A DNA stretch of 53,777 bases from a bacterium (GCA_027624865.1 JAQBTT010000001.1:1-53777); one strand, 5' to 3'; positions 31,322 to 40,482 are shown, counted from the stretch's first letter. A program made the numbers and translations. Notes: generated by a model not told the origin, from the letters alone.

Positions 31322-33072
31322 GGGTTGTAAGACTATAGCGTCGGGAGTTGTTTTGAAACGTTGCGCGATTTTGGAGATCTCAATAGTGGGGTCCCCGAAA
31401 TTGCGAAGCGATTTTGAAGGAATTTCTGAGGGAGAATATTTAGATAAAGTGGTTAGAAAAACGCCTCTGGAACGGGCGGCCAAAGAGGGTAATAGCCCCG
31501 TATTCGAAAACTGCCTTTATGCTCCTTGCTATTTTTCTTGAGTACCTCGGGACACGAATATCCCGTGGGAAACATCCGGGACTATCCGGAAAGGCTAAAT
31601 ACTTTACATCACCGATAGTGAACGAGTACCGTGAGGGAAAGGTGAAAAGCAGCCCGGTGAGGGCGATGAAATAGAACCTGAAACTATCTTGCCTACAACG
31701 AATCGGAGGGGAGTTTACTCCCTGACGGTGTGCTTTTTGCAGAACGAGCCAACGAGTGTTCCTAACAGCTTTGTCTAAGCGCCTTTGGCGTGCAGGCACA
31801 GCGAAAGCGAGTGTGAATAGCGCGTTTGGCGTCCGCAAGGACGCTATGAGTTGTTGGGAACGACCCGAAGCCAAGCGAGCTTGCCATGAGCAGGGTGAAG
31901 GATGACGAAAGTCGTCTGGAGGCCCGAACCCGTAGATCGTTCAACGTCTTGGGATGACTTGTGGTAAGAAGTGAAAAGCTAATCGAGCTTGGTAATAGCT
32001 GGTTCTCTCCGAAATAGCTTTAGGGCTAGCGTCGCAAAGCAAGTCTTGGAGGTAGAGCTCTGAAAAGAGCGCTCTTGGAGCAATCCAGGCGCTTTTATCA
32101 AACTTCGAATGCCAAGACTCTAGATGCGGCAGTCAGAACGTGGGGGCTAAGCTCCGCGCTCAAAAGGGAAACAGCCCAGATCTTCATCTAAGGTCCCTAA
32201 ATCAAGCTAAGTGCAAAATAAGGAAGTGAGGCTCCAAAGATAGCTAGGAGGTTCGCTTAGAAGCAGCTATCCTTTAAAAATAGCGTAATAGCTTACTAGC
32301 TAAGGAGTTTTGCGCCGCAAATTTATCGGGGCTAAGCTTGGTACCGAAGATAAGGCCCAGCTCTCTTTCAAGAGGGCTGGGGGTAGGAGAGCGTCCTCTT
32401 TGCAATGAAGGTGAATCGTGAGGTTTGCTGGAGCGGAGAGGAGTGAGAATGTTGGCATGAGTAACCACAATGCAAGTGAAATCCTTGCACACCGAAAACC
32501 TAAGGTTTCCTTGGCAATGACAATCACCCAAGGGTTAGGCGGCCCTAAGTGGTGCACCAAATGGTGTATTGCGATGGACAGAAGGTTAATATTCCTTCCC
32601 CTTGTCATATGCTTTTTCAGATGACGGAGTGTAGTAACTCTTGTGAATTATTGGATTTTTGTCCTTGGCGTGAGGGGTAACCCAAGCGCAGAGGCGACTC
32701 GCTGTTATGGCGGGGAGAAGAGTGAGCACGCTTCCCGGAAAAGTTCTGAAAGTTTGAGTATGATGAGTCCGTACCGTAAACCGACACAGGTGGGTTGGTA
32801 TCAATGTACTAAGGTGAACGGGTGAAAGCTCCTGAAGGAACTCGGCAAATTAGTGGTCGTAACTTCGGGATAAGACCTCCCTGTAGCAATACAGGGCGCA
32901 GCAAACGTATTCCTGGCGACTGTTTACCAAAAACACAGGTCCCTGCATAACTCGAAAGAGGAAGTATAGGGGCTGACGCCTGACCAGTGCTGGAGTGTTA
33001 AGCCTGCAGGTGGCTTTGAGCAATCAAAGCTGCTTAGTGGGTGAAGCCCCAGTGAACGTCCGCGGTAACTAT

Positions 33073-33810
33073 AAACTCACGGGTTGTAGTTATAAAATCT
33101 GGCCATATGCGGGAACATCTCGACAAAAATCTTAGACGTACTCGTAAGGAATTCGTCTCCTTGCAGTAACAATCGATCTAAGAGAGAAAATCCGCAGGAA
33201 AGACCATTTGTGAGTCACAAAAAAACATGAGAAGTCAATCATGGGAAAAGCAAATCCCCAGCCACATTGGGTGGTATCTTGCAGGATTTGCAGATGGTGA
33301 AGGAAGCTTCAACATCTCCCTTAAGAGAGATATAGAGTATCGACTCGGTTGGCATATTGAACCAAGTTTCAATGTATCCCAACGAGAAAGAACAATTCTT
33401 GCTTTGTTCAAACAACATCTTGGAGTAGGAACACTTCGTCAACGAAAAGATGGAGTAGTATACTACGAAGTGCGCAATTATCGTGCACTGCAAGATAAAG
33501 TTATTCCTTTCTTTGAGAAATTTACTTTTCTTTCTTCAACAAAAAAGAGAAATTTCTCGCTCTTCCGTAAAATTATTGTTCTTATGAATGAAGGGCAACA
33601 TACAAATGCGGAAGGTTTGAAGAAAATCCTTTTGATTAGAGAACAAATTAATAAAGGTCATGGAAGAACAAGGAAGTATTCATTAGACGATTATTTAGAC
33701 TCACAAGCGGAATCCTCAGAGACTATACGCCAGACCCTGAGAGAGCCGAAAGGCGAATCGAAGGGATGATATAGTCCGATCTCATAGGTGACTATGAGCT
33801 AACATGTATG
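33073..33810 (+). mobile_element. Group I intron at the site equivalent to E. coli 23S U1917 (helix 69 loop), carrying a LAGLIDADG ORF
   Basis: The 5' exon ends in U (gtaactat) and the intron ends in G. The internal guide GUAGUU pairs with exon AACUAU with a U.G at the splice site. The core elements aatctggccatatgcggg and gatatagtcc are present. Joining the exons restores GUAACUAU|AACCGUG, so helix 69 (cgcgg/ccgtg) can form. Confidence 0.75.
33227..33769 (+). CDS. LAGLIDADG homing endonuclease (single-motif)
   Basis: 180 aa with WYLAGFADGEGSF. The ORF 3' end runs into the intron core (its stop overlaps gatatagtcc). Confidence 0.85.
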   Translation: MRSQSWEKQIPSHIGWYLAGFADGEGSFNISLKRDIEYRLGWHIEPSFNVSQRERTILALFKQHLGVGTLRQRKDGVVYYEVRNYRALQDKVIPFFEKFTFLSSTKKRNFSLFRKIIVLMNEGQHTNAEGLKKILLIREQINKGHGRTRKYSLDDYLDSQAESSETIRQTLREPKGESKG

Positions 33811-33824
33811 AACCGTGTTAAAGT

Positions 33825-34097
33825 AGGAAATCTGCTTTAGTAAAATCTGGCTATATGCTGGAAAATCTGAGTATCCGACACTACTTGAAAGAGTGAAAAT
33901 GTGTTCGGTGCAGACAATCAGCAGGAAACCAAAATCATAAAGTGTGATGAGTAGGATCCTCAGAGACTATACGCCAGACCCCGACATTACGTCGGGGAAG
34001 ATATAGTCCGAACTTCATGGCGACATGAAGAGTGAAGTAGAAATACTTCACCGCCATGCCTCTTTTTATGAGGCTTGGTCTGAAAGTAACATGATTG
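33825..34097 (+). mobile_element. ORF-less group I intron at the site equivalent to E. coli 23S U1931
   Basis: The 5' exon ends in U (ttaaagt) and the intron ends in G (atgattg). The guide GCUUUA pairs with exon UAAAGU with a U.G wobble. The core aatctggctatatgctgg, cagacaatcagcagg and gatatagtcc is homologous to the neighbouring intron. Joining the exons gives AAAGU|AGCGUAAUCCCUUG. Confidence 0.7.
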
Positions 34098-34420
34098 AGC
34101 GTAATCCCTTGCCTGGTAAGTTCAGGCCTGCATGAAAGGCGTAACGACTGGGAAACTGTCTCCAGGAGCTGCCCGGTGAAAATGCAATACCGGTAAAGAT
34201 GCCGGTTACCTGCGGCTAGACGGAAAGACCCCGGGAGCTTTACTATAGCTTCTTATTGTCTTGTCATTTTGCCTGCGTAGAATAGCAGGGAGGCTTTGAT
34301 GCCCGTTTTTCGGAATGGGTGGAGCCAACAGTGAAATACCTGTCTGGTAGGAAGATAAGACTAATTCCGCGTATGCGGATGACAGTGGGAGGTGGGTAGT
34401 TTTAGTGGGGCGCTAGCCTT

Positions 34421-34729
34421 AACACAATGGGGCCATCTAAGAGTAATTTTAGATGCCAAACTCGACTAATATGCTGGAATATCTGGAGTACTTAAGGAGT
34501 AATCCAACAAGTGTGGCCGTAAGATACGGCTACCAGACAATCAGCAGGGAAGGTATAATAGAGGTACCACCCTCAACGACTACACGTCGAGCCCGAACTA
34601 TTGAAAGAATGAATGTTCGGTGGTGATATAGTCTGAACTCTATGGCGACATAGAGACTCGGTAATGTTCACACATTGCGCCAGTGAAACAATCCGAGACT
34701 TAAGTGCTTACTTAAGGTTAACAGAATTG
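34421..34729 (+). mobile_element. ORF-less group I intron just 3' of the P-loop (about E. coli 2257-2263). Boundaries are uncertain by up to ~8 nt.
   Basis: It interrupts ggggcg..|..cctaaagagtagcggagg. It shares the core ctcgactaatatgctgg, cagacaatcagcaggg and gatatagtct with the other introns. An alternative boundary pair is 34415/34724. Confidence 0.6.
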
Positions 34730-35060
34730 CCTAAAGAGTAGCGGAGGCGTTTAAAGGTCAGCTAAGTCCGGATGGAAATCGGACCGGTCGTGTAAAGGCG
34801 CAAGCTGGCTTTACTGCGAGACGGATATGTCGAGCAGTTGCGAAAGCAGAACTTAGTGAACCGATACGCCGTAATAGAAGGCGTAAAGATCATCAACCAA
34901 AAGTTACCCCGGGGATAACAGGCTGGTAGTGCCCACGAGTCCATATCTACGGCACTGTTCGGCACCTCGATGTCGGCTCACCTTATCCTGGGGGTGGAGA
35001 AGCTCCCAAGGGTTTGGCTGTTCGCCAATTAAAAAGGTACGCGAGCTGGGTTCAGACCGT

Positions 35061-35328
35061 CAATAATGAACCATGACATTGAGTAACACACGGCGGCTTT
35101 CATAAGTAATTATGATCGCAAACCGACTCATATCGGTGGATTCCTATAAACTTTTTCGCAACCTGGAAGAGTAGGAGAATACCGAGGCAACCTGTATGTA
35201 TATTATATATGGGAGCTGTAGAGACTTGATCTATGATCAGACGGGAGAGAATATTTTTCCGTAACACGTCGGCATCCTTAGTAAAGGATGGTGGTATAGT
35301 CCAAACATTTGGTAACAAGTGAGTATTG
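35061..35328 (+). mobile_element. ORF-less group I intron at the site equivalent to E. coli 23S U2593 (peptidyl-transferase centre)
   Basis: Exon gggttcagaccgt | 268 nt ending in G | cgtgagacaggt restores GAACGU|CGUGAGACAG. The core aaaccgactcatatcggtgg and ggtatagtcc is present. Confidence 0.7.
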
Positions 35329-35619
35329 CGTGAGACAGGTTGGTCCCTATCTACCGCAGGCGTCAAGTCTTGAGGAGATTCGTCTCTAGTACGAGAGGAC
35401 CGAGATGAACTAACCTCTGGTGTACCAGTTGTCCTGCCAAGGGCATCGCTGGGTAGCTATGTTGGGAAGGGATAAGCGCTGAAAGCATATAAGCGCGAAG
35501 CCTACTCCAAGATGAGGACTTTAAGATCCCTCGAAGATCACGAGGTTGATAGGCTCTAGGTGAAAGCCCGGTGACGGGTTCAGCCGAGGAGTACTAATGA
35601 TCTACATACGATTATTTCT

Positions 35620-35644
35620 TTGCTAGCAGATTATACCCATTATT
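35620..35644 (+). promoter_or_regulatory. 3' strand of the 23S processing stem
   Basis: ttgctagcagattatacccattatt is complementary to 30713-30738. Confidence 0.8.
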
Positions 35645-35691
35645 TTAACCGAAGATTACCACTTGGTTCTTTTTGATTTGCAATTAATGAT

Positions 35692-36162
35692 TGGGGCTTA
35701 TACTGGAGTTGTCCCACCTCAGTCCAGGGCGATTTTTCACGGCTTCACAGGAGTTCCGCCTAAATCGCCCGTGCGAGTAAAGCAGTTTACTCGCGCCCCA
35801 TTCCGAACTCCGTACCAGAACAAAGTTCGGTACGGGGCGCAGCACAGAAGCATGCCCCGCACTAAATTTGAGAATATAATCGAGGTTTTTGTAAGGCGAC
35901 TATACTGGAGGTGCTCCACCCGATCCCATTCCGAACTCGGAAGTGAAATTCTCCAAGGCCGATGATAGTGCTTTGCGCGAAAGTAGGTAGTCGCCTTACA
36001 AAGATTTTGATCTCAAGTTTTAGTGCGGGATGAAATACCGCAAGGCCCCCGCCTACGCTATAAGCTTCGGCGGGCAGGGATGATAGTTAAATTCTCGGGC
36101 GAAAGCATGCCCCGTACCATCCGAACGATAGTGAGGATTGGTAGCGGGGTAGGTAGTCCCCA
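35692..36162 (+). other. Split 5S-like sequence (5' half and 3' half) enclosing the canonical 5S gene
   Basis: 35697-35725 and 35797-35810 resemble the 5' half of 5S (about 22/27, plus cccattccgaactc). 36119-36162 resembles the 3' half (ccgaacgatagtg...gtaggtagtcccc). The two ends are complementary (tggggctta / tagtcccca). Confidence 0.55.
35891..35999 (+). rRNA. rrf: 5S rRNA
   Basis: 12-bp helix I gtaaggcgacta/tagtcgccttac, cccattccgaactcggaagtgaaa, and the loop E region ccgatgatagtg...gaaagtagg. Confidence 0.9.
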
Positions 36163-36288
36163 CTTTTGTACTTCTCAATAGTGCTTAGTTTCCGGTGTAG
36201 TTTCTCAACTCACGGTTTGTTGCTACAAACATCGCTTGTAGAGAAACTGCCCGCCAAAGGCAAAGCAGTTTGCCTTTGGCCCACCTGA

Positions 36289-36344
36289 CCTGCCCGCAAT
36301 GCTTCGCTATGCTTGCATAGCGTTGCAGGCGGGGCGTTTTTTTT
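36289..36344 (+). terminator. Terminator of the 23S-5S unit
   Basis: A long imperfect hairpin (inner stem cgctatg-cttg-catagcg) followed by a T8 run. Confidence 0.7.
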
Positions 36345-36375
36345 GTTGCTATTTTTTGCTATAGTAATACAACCT

Positions 36376-37146
36376 ATGCACACATTCTTTATAAAATATA
36401 AGCTCATAGTGCTTCTTTTTTTCGTGAGCGCTGTTTTGATTTTAAGTGTAAGTTCAGGGAGCGTGAGAGGAACTTTCACGTCATTGTTTTCTCCGATGCA
36501 GTCTCTTATCTGGAAATCAGGTACGACTATAACAGATAGTTTTTCTGAAGTTTCACGTGAGCGTGTACAGGAACTTGTGGAGGAAAACTTTGCTTTGCGC
36601 GGTAAGCTTCTTTCGTTTGAAGAAATGGCAAAAGAGAATGAGCGACTGCGAGAAGCGCTTGGTGCACTTCCCAAAAAAGAGTTTGATTTACTCTTTAGTG
36701 AAATTATTGGAAAGGAAGTTGAGCGAGATGTGTTGATGCTAAATAAAGGAGCAAAGGAAGGGGTGAGACAAGGAATGCCAGTTATAACACAAGGGAGAGT
36801 TGCAGTAGGAACTATTGGAGAAGTGTTTTTACACACCGCAAAGTTACACCTTCTTTCTTTAAAGGGCGGGGCATCTGACGTAAAGGTACAAGGAAGAGAA
36901 GTAGTAGGAGTCCTTCGAGGGATAGGGAGGTATCGCGCGCTTTTGGACCTTATTCCTCAAGAGGAGGAGTTGAAAGAAGGGGACGTTATCGTAACATCAT
37001 CTTTGGGCGGGTTACTCCCAGATGATTTGTTGATTGGAGAAGTTACGAGCATTGAAAAGAGTGATCTTACCGCATTTCAGGGAGGAAATGTTGAACTATT
37101 TTTTCAGGTAAAAAAAGAAAATTCTTTATTTATTCTTCGGAACTAA
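36376..37146 (+). CDS. mreC: Rod-shape protein MreC
   Basis: N-terminal TM helix, a coiled coil (ENFALRGKLLSFEEMAKENERLREALG), and the beta domains GMPVIT..GTIGEV and GDVIVTSSLGG.LP..LLIGEV. The start was trimmed to ATG 36376 because the upstream part of the ORF overlaps the terminator. Confidence 0.8.
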   Translation: MHTFFIKYKLIVLLFFVSAVLILSVSSGSVRGTFTSLFSPMQSLIWKSGTTITDSFSEVSRERVQELVEENFALRGKLLSFEEMAKENERLREALGALPKKEFDLLFSEIIGKEVERDVLMLNKGAKEGVRQGMPVITQGRVAVGTIGEVFLHTAKLHLLSLKGGASDVKVQGREVVGVLRGIGRYRALLDLIPQEEELKEGDVIVTSSLGGLLPDDLLIGEVTSIEKSDLTAFQGGNVELFFQVKKENSLFILRN

Positions 37147-37148
37147 AT

Positions 37149-37445
37149 ATGAAGTCAGGAATTGTAGTTATTGTAAGCTTTTGTATCATTTCTTTAATGC
37201 AGGTAAGTTTCCTGCCTCATCTTTCTATCGCAGGATGGACGCCTAATATAGTTTTGCTATTTTTACTGATTATGGCTTCTTTCACATCAGTAAAAATTGG
37301 AATTGAGGCAGCTTTGACGGGAGGATTTTTCTTGGATCTCTACTCTTATCTGCCTTTTGGATCGTGGATAGTTATTTCTCTGGTATTTTTTATTACTGCA
37401 AGATATATCTTGCGAAACTATGTTCGACTCCCACAGTATATATAA
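37149..37445 (+). CDS. mreD: Probable rod-shape protein MreD (short)
   Basis: 98 aa with 3 TM helices, positioned between mreC and the PBP2 gene. Confidence 0.5.
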   Translation: MKSGIVVIVSFCIISLMQVSFLPHLSIAGWTPNIVLLFLLIMASFTSVKIGIEAALTGGFFLDLYSYLPFGSWIVISLVFFITARYILRNYVRLPQYI

Positions 37446-39336
37446 AAAGAAGCAAGCAGGAGAGGAGATTGAGGTACAAGAGATACTGCTTGATAATCTT
37501 ACGCAAAGAAAGGAGGGAGAAGAGTTCTCTGAGCATAGAATGGAGCTTCCCTTGTCCGATACAATCCTGCGCGTTTTGTATGGAGTATTCCTCTTTATGG
37601 TTGCCATTGCATTGGTAAGGTCTTTTCAGTTTCAGGTATTTTCTGAGGATAAAATGCATCAGGCAGCAGAGAAAAATGCAGTTCGCAATATCCCATTAGC
37701 TCCAAATCGTGGGGTGCTGTATGATAGTTCATTTTTGCAACTTGCGTTTAATAAGCCAAGCTTTGATTTTGTATGTGATAAGTTTAGCATGCCAAGTACT
37801 CCAAAAGAGAAGGAAGGTATTTTACGTGCAGCATCGCTGCTACTGGATATCTCTTTTGATGAATTAAAAGATGAAATTCAAGAGAACCTTGCGCCGCGTA
37901 TACTAGTAAAAGAGAATATTTCACATGAGGAACTCGTGCTACTTGAATCTCGCCTTACTGAATTTCAAGGATGTTTGGTGCAAGAAAATATCAGGCGAGA
38001 GTATATACAGGGGGACTTGTTCTCCCATATTTTGGGATATACAGCGAAGGTTTCGGCAAAAGAGTTTTTAGAGCTTCAAGGATATTCAGTTACTGATCAG
38101 GTTGGGAAGGTTGGAGTAGAAAAAACATATGAAGAGTTGTTGCGGGGCAACCCAGGAAGAATTGTGTTATCTCGCGATGCGGCAGGAAAGATTGTAGGGC
38201 AAAAGGAAATTATTGCCTCTGAGCAAGGAACAAGCCTTGTGCTATGGCTTAATGCGGGGTTACAAGAGCGTCTTGTAGAATCTCTAGAGAAGGTATTTAG
38301 TCAAACCACAGCAAAGAAGGGAGTAGCAGTTGCCATGAATCCTAAAACAGGAGGAATACTTTCCTTGGTTAGTTTACCTTCGTTTGACGCAAATCTTTTT
38401 GCAGAAGGGATAAGTCAAAAAGAGTGGAACGCTTTACTACAAAATCCTGCAAGCCCATTGTTTAATCGCGCAATCTCTGGGATTGGGTACCCCACAGGTT
38501 CTGTTATTAAGCCCTTGGTTGGAGTTGCAGCCTTACAAGAAGGAGTTATTGATAAGGATACTAGTATTTTTGCACCTTTGGAAATTTGTGTAGAAAACAT
38601 TTATACCAAGCAAGATGAATGTTTTCGGGATTGGGAATTTCATGGTATTTCAAATATTGCAAGAGCCATTGCAGAGTCGGTAAACACTTTCTTCTATATC
38701 ATTGGTGGTGGATATGAAGGGTTTTCTGGATTAGGTCCAAATAGAATAAAAGAATATATTGAGCGCTTTGGTTGGGGAGAGGCAACTGGAGTGGATTTGC
38801 CAGGAGAAGGAAGAGGCATCCTTCCTGAATTTGATGAAAACTGGAGGTTGGGAGATACGTATCACTTTGCTATTGGACAAGGTCCGTTTGCTGTAACTCC
38901 AATTCAGGTCGCTACTGCTTTTTCTGCCATAGCAAACGGAGGGATACTATTTGTGCCCCAAGCCGCGTACAAGCTTGTGGATGGAGATCGAAATACACTT
39001 GCAGTTATGGAGCCTAATATTAAGCGAGAAGGGTTTGTAGATGCAAAAACTCTTGAAATTATTAGAAAAGGAATGCGCCAGACCGTTACCGCGGGCTCTG
39101 CTACTGGATGGTTGGATTCTCTGCCTGTGAAAGCGGCGGCAAAGACCGGAACAGCGCAAACCGGAAGGACAGCGAGTGGTGGGAAAGACTATTTGCATTC
39201 TTGGACCGTTGCTTTTGCACCTATTGAAAATCCTGAAATTGTTTTAGTGGTAATGGTAGAGGATCTTTTAGAGGGGCAAGTAGGAACTCTTCCAGTTGCA
39301 AGAGATGCATTACAATGGTATTTTACTAGGAATTAG
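37420..39336 (+). CDS. mrdA: Penicillin-binding protein 2 (class B transpeptidase)
   Basis: The SVIKP (SxxK), ESVN (SxN) and KTGTA motifs, and an N-terminal TM anchor. Confidence 0.85.
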   Translation: MFDSHSIYKKKQAGEEIEVQEILLDNLTQRKEGEEFSEHRMELPLSDTILRVLYGVFLFMVAIALVRSFQFQVFSEDKMHQAAEKNAVRNIPLAPNRGVLYDSSFLQLAFNKPSFDFVCDKFSMPSTPKEKEGILRAASLLLDISFDELKDEIQENLAPRILVKENISHEELVLLESRLTEFQGCLVQENIRREYIQGDLFSHILGYTAKVSAKEFLELQGYSVTDQVGKVGVEKTYEELLRGNPGRIVLSRDAAGKIVGQKEIIASEQGTSLVLWLNAGLQERLVESLEKVFSQTTAKKGVAVAMNPKTGGILSLVSLPSFDANLFAEGISQKEWNALLQNPASPLFNRAISGIGYPTGSVIKPLVGVAALQEGVIDKDTSIFAPLEICVENIYTKQDECFRDWEFHGISNIARAIAESVNTFFYIIGGGYEGFSGLGPNRIKEYIERFGWGEATGVDLPGEGRGILPEFDENWRLGDTYHFAIGQGPFAVTPIQVATAFSAIANGGILFVPQAAYKLVDGDRNTLAVMEPNIKREGFVDAKTLEIIRKGMRQTVTAGSATGWLDSLPVKAAAKTGTAQTGRTASGGKDYLHSWTVAFAPIENPEIVLVVMVEDLLEGQVGTLPVARDALQWYFTRN

Positions 39337-39404
39337 GAGTTAGGTGGTAGCTTGTAGGGCTAATGAATCCTACAACCTAATTCCTAGTTCCTACAACCTA
39401 ATTC
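39326..39404. repeat. Stuttered inverted repeat spanning the PBP2 stop codon up to the greA start codon
   Basis: ctaggaattagg...ttgtagg pairs with cctacaacctaattcctag (39369-39387). The word cctacaacctaattc is repeated again at 39390-39404. Confidence 0.7.
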
Positions 39405-39881
39405 ATGGAAAACTATATAACCAAAGAAGGGAAAGAAAAGCTTCAAAAGGAGCTAGAATATTTAAAGAATACAAAGCGAAAAGAGATTTCAGCTCGTATT
39501 CGCGCGGCCGCAGCAATGGGAGATTTGTCTGAGAATTTTGATTACCAAAATGCAAAAGATGAGCAGGGCTTTATGGAGCGAAAGATAGCTGAGCTGGAAA
39601 GTACGCTTTTTAATTGCAAGGTTGTGCAAGGGTCTTCTGGCAGTGAAACTGCACAGATAGGTTCTAAGGTAACCCTGGAGACCCGCTTGTCGGACGGGCA
39701 GGCAGGAAAAGAAAAGTGGACCATTACTCTCACGGGCCCCCAGGAAGCCGACCCCCTGCAAGACAAAATCTCTGCCTCCTCCCCCCTTGGCGAAGCCCTT
39801 TTAGGCAAGAAAAAAGGAGACAAGGTAGAGGTGGAAACCCCGCGAGGAAGACAGGACTATATTGTCCTTGACATTTCTTAG
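39405..39881 (+). CDS. greA: Transcription elongation factor GreA
   Basis: ITKEGKEKLQKELEYL..R.EI...I..A...GDLSEN.DY..AK. Confidence 0.9.
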   Translation: MENYITKEGKEKLQKELEYLKNTKRKEISARIRAAAAMGDLSENFDYQNAKDEQGFMERKIAELESTLFNCKVVQGSSGSETAQIGSKVTLETRLSDGQAGKEKWTITLTGPQEADPLQDKISASSPLGEALLGKKKGDKVEVETPRGRQDYIVLDIS

Positions 39882-39936
39882 CCGGTGTATTATCTTATTT
39901 GTGGTGATTAGGAAGGAGCGTTCTTTTATAAGATTT

Positions 39937-39995
39937 CGGAGCAGCAATAAGATTGTAATATAAGGACAAATCAGTGCAGTTTTATTGCTGCTCCG
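39937..39995 (+). promoter_or_regulatory. 14-bp perfect stem with a 31-nt loop in the leader of the next gene
   Basis: cggagcagcaataa / ttattgctgctccg. Confidence 0.4.
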
Positions 39996-40039
39996 GAGTA
40001 AATTTGGATTAAGATAGATGGACGACAAGGGAGGCTTTT

Positions 40040-40441
40040 GTGAATCCGAGATTGATGGTGGTTTTAGCGGTGATTATTTTTGCCATGATGGTGATCACGG
40101 CATTCTCCATCAACAGTAGCGGTACGCCGACTGTTGAGGGGCAAGCACAGAGGGGCAAGCAAATTGACCCTGAAGAGCTAAGAACAGCCCTGGCTGACCT
40201 TGGTCTTGTGGTGAACCCAAACGGGACACTACAAGCAGATGCCCTAATAGCGAATACCGTGAATGCAGGTATCCTGAATGCGGATACCGTGAATGCAGAC
40301 ATCTTGAACGGTGTCGAGCGAACCACCCTCGAGCAGCTGAAAATAGATCTGGCTTCCATTGGCCTTGTAGTGAATCCAGACGGCGTTTTGACGCTGGAGG
40401 GCTTAGTGGCCGGCTGGATTGACACAGGCGTTATTCAATGA
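40040..40441 (+). CDS. Hypothetical membrane-anchored protein with internal repeats
   Basis: GTG start 5 nt after AGGGAGG. N-terminal TM helix. Repeats LGLVVNPNGTL / IGLVVNPDGVL and NTVNAGILNADTVNADILNG. The gene has its own terminator and is more GC-rich than its neighbours. Confidence 0.5.
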   Translation: MNPRLMVVLAVIIFAMMVITAFSINSSGTPTVEGQAQRGKQIDPEELRTALADLGLVVNPNGTLQADALIANTVNAGILNADTVNADILNGVERTTLEQLKIDLASIGLVVNPDGVLTLEGLVAGWIDTGVIQ

Positions 40442-40482
40442 CCCTAGCATTCCAGGAGGAACGCTAAGGGTTCTAAGTTTCA

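Larger units (their letters stand above)
30751..35615 (+). rRNA. rrl: 23S rRNA gene, ~4.9 kb because of four group-I-like introns and two insertion modules
   Basis: ggtagtggatgccttgg, agtagcggcgagcgaa, gacggaaagaccccg, ggggataacaggctg, tcgatgtcggctc and ctagtacgagaggaccg all appear in E. coli order. The ends are approximate (+/-10 nt). Confidence 0.9.

Noticed and set aside
31166-32825. Several 60-144-aa ORFs on both strands inside the 23S (for example 31440-31874 minus, 32300-32608 minus, 31166-31483 minus).
   Set aside because: They overlap conserved rRNA sequence, have Arg/Ser/Pro-rich noise-like composition and match no recognisable family. They are spurious.
35663-35965. A 100-aa ORF spanning the 5S region.
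   Set aside because: It overlaps the 5S gene and the 5S-like flanks, which are RNA rather than protein-coding.
36210-36836. A 208-aa minus-strand ORF.
   Set aside because: It is antisense to mreC, whose motifs are clear, and it also runs across the rRNA terminator. The translation is Ser-rich and low-complexity.
40009-40425. A 138-aa minus-strand ORF mirroring the 40040-40441 gene.
   Set aside because: The + strand was chosen because of the SD-like AGGGAGG, the N-terminal TM helix and a downstream terminator in the + orientation. This remains uncertain and is flagged as such in the findings.
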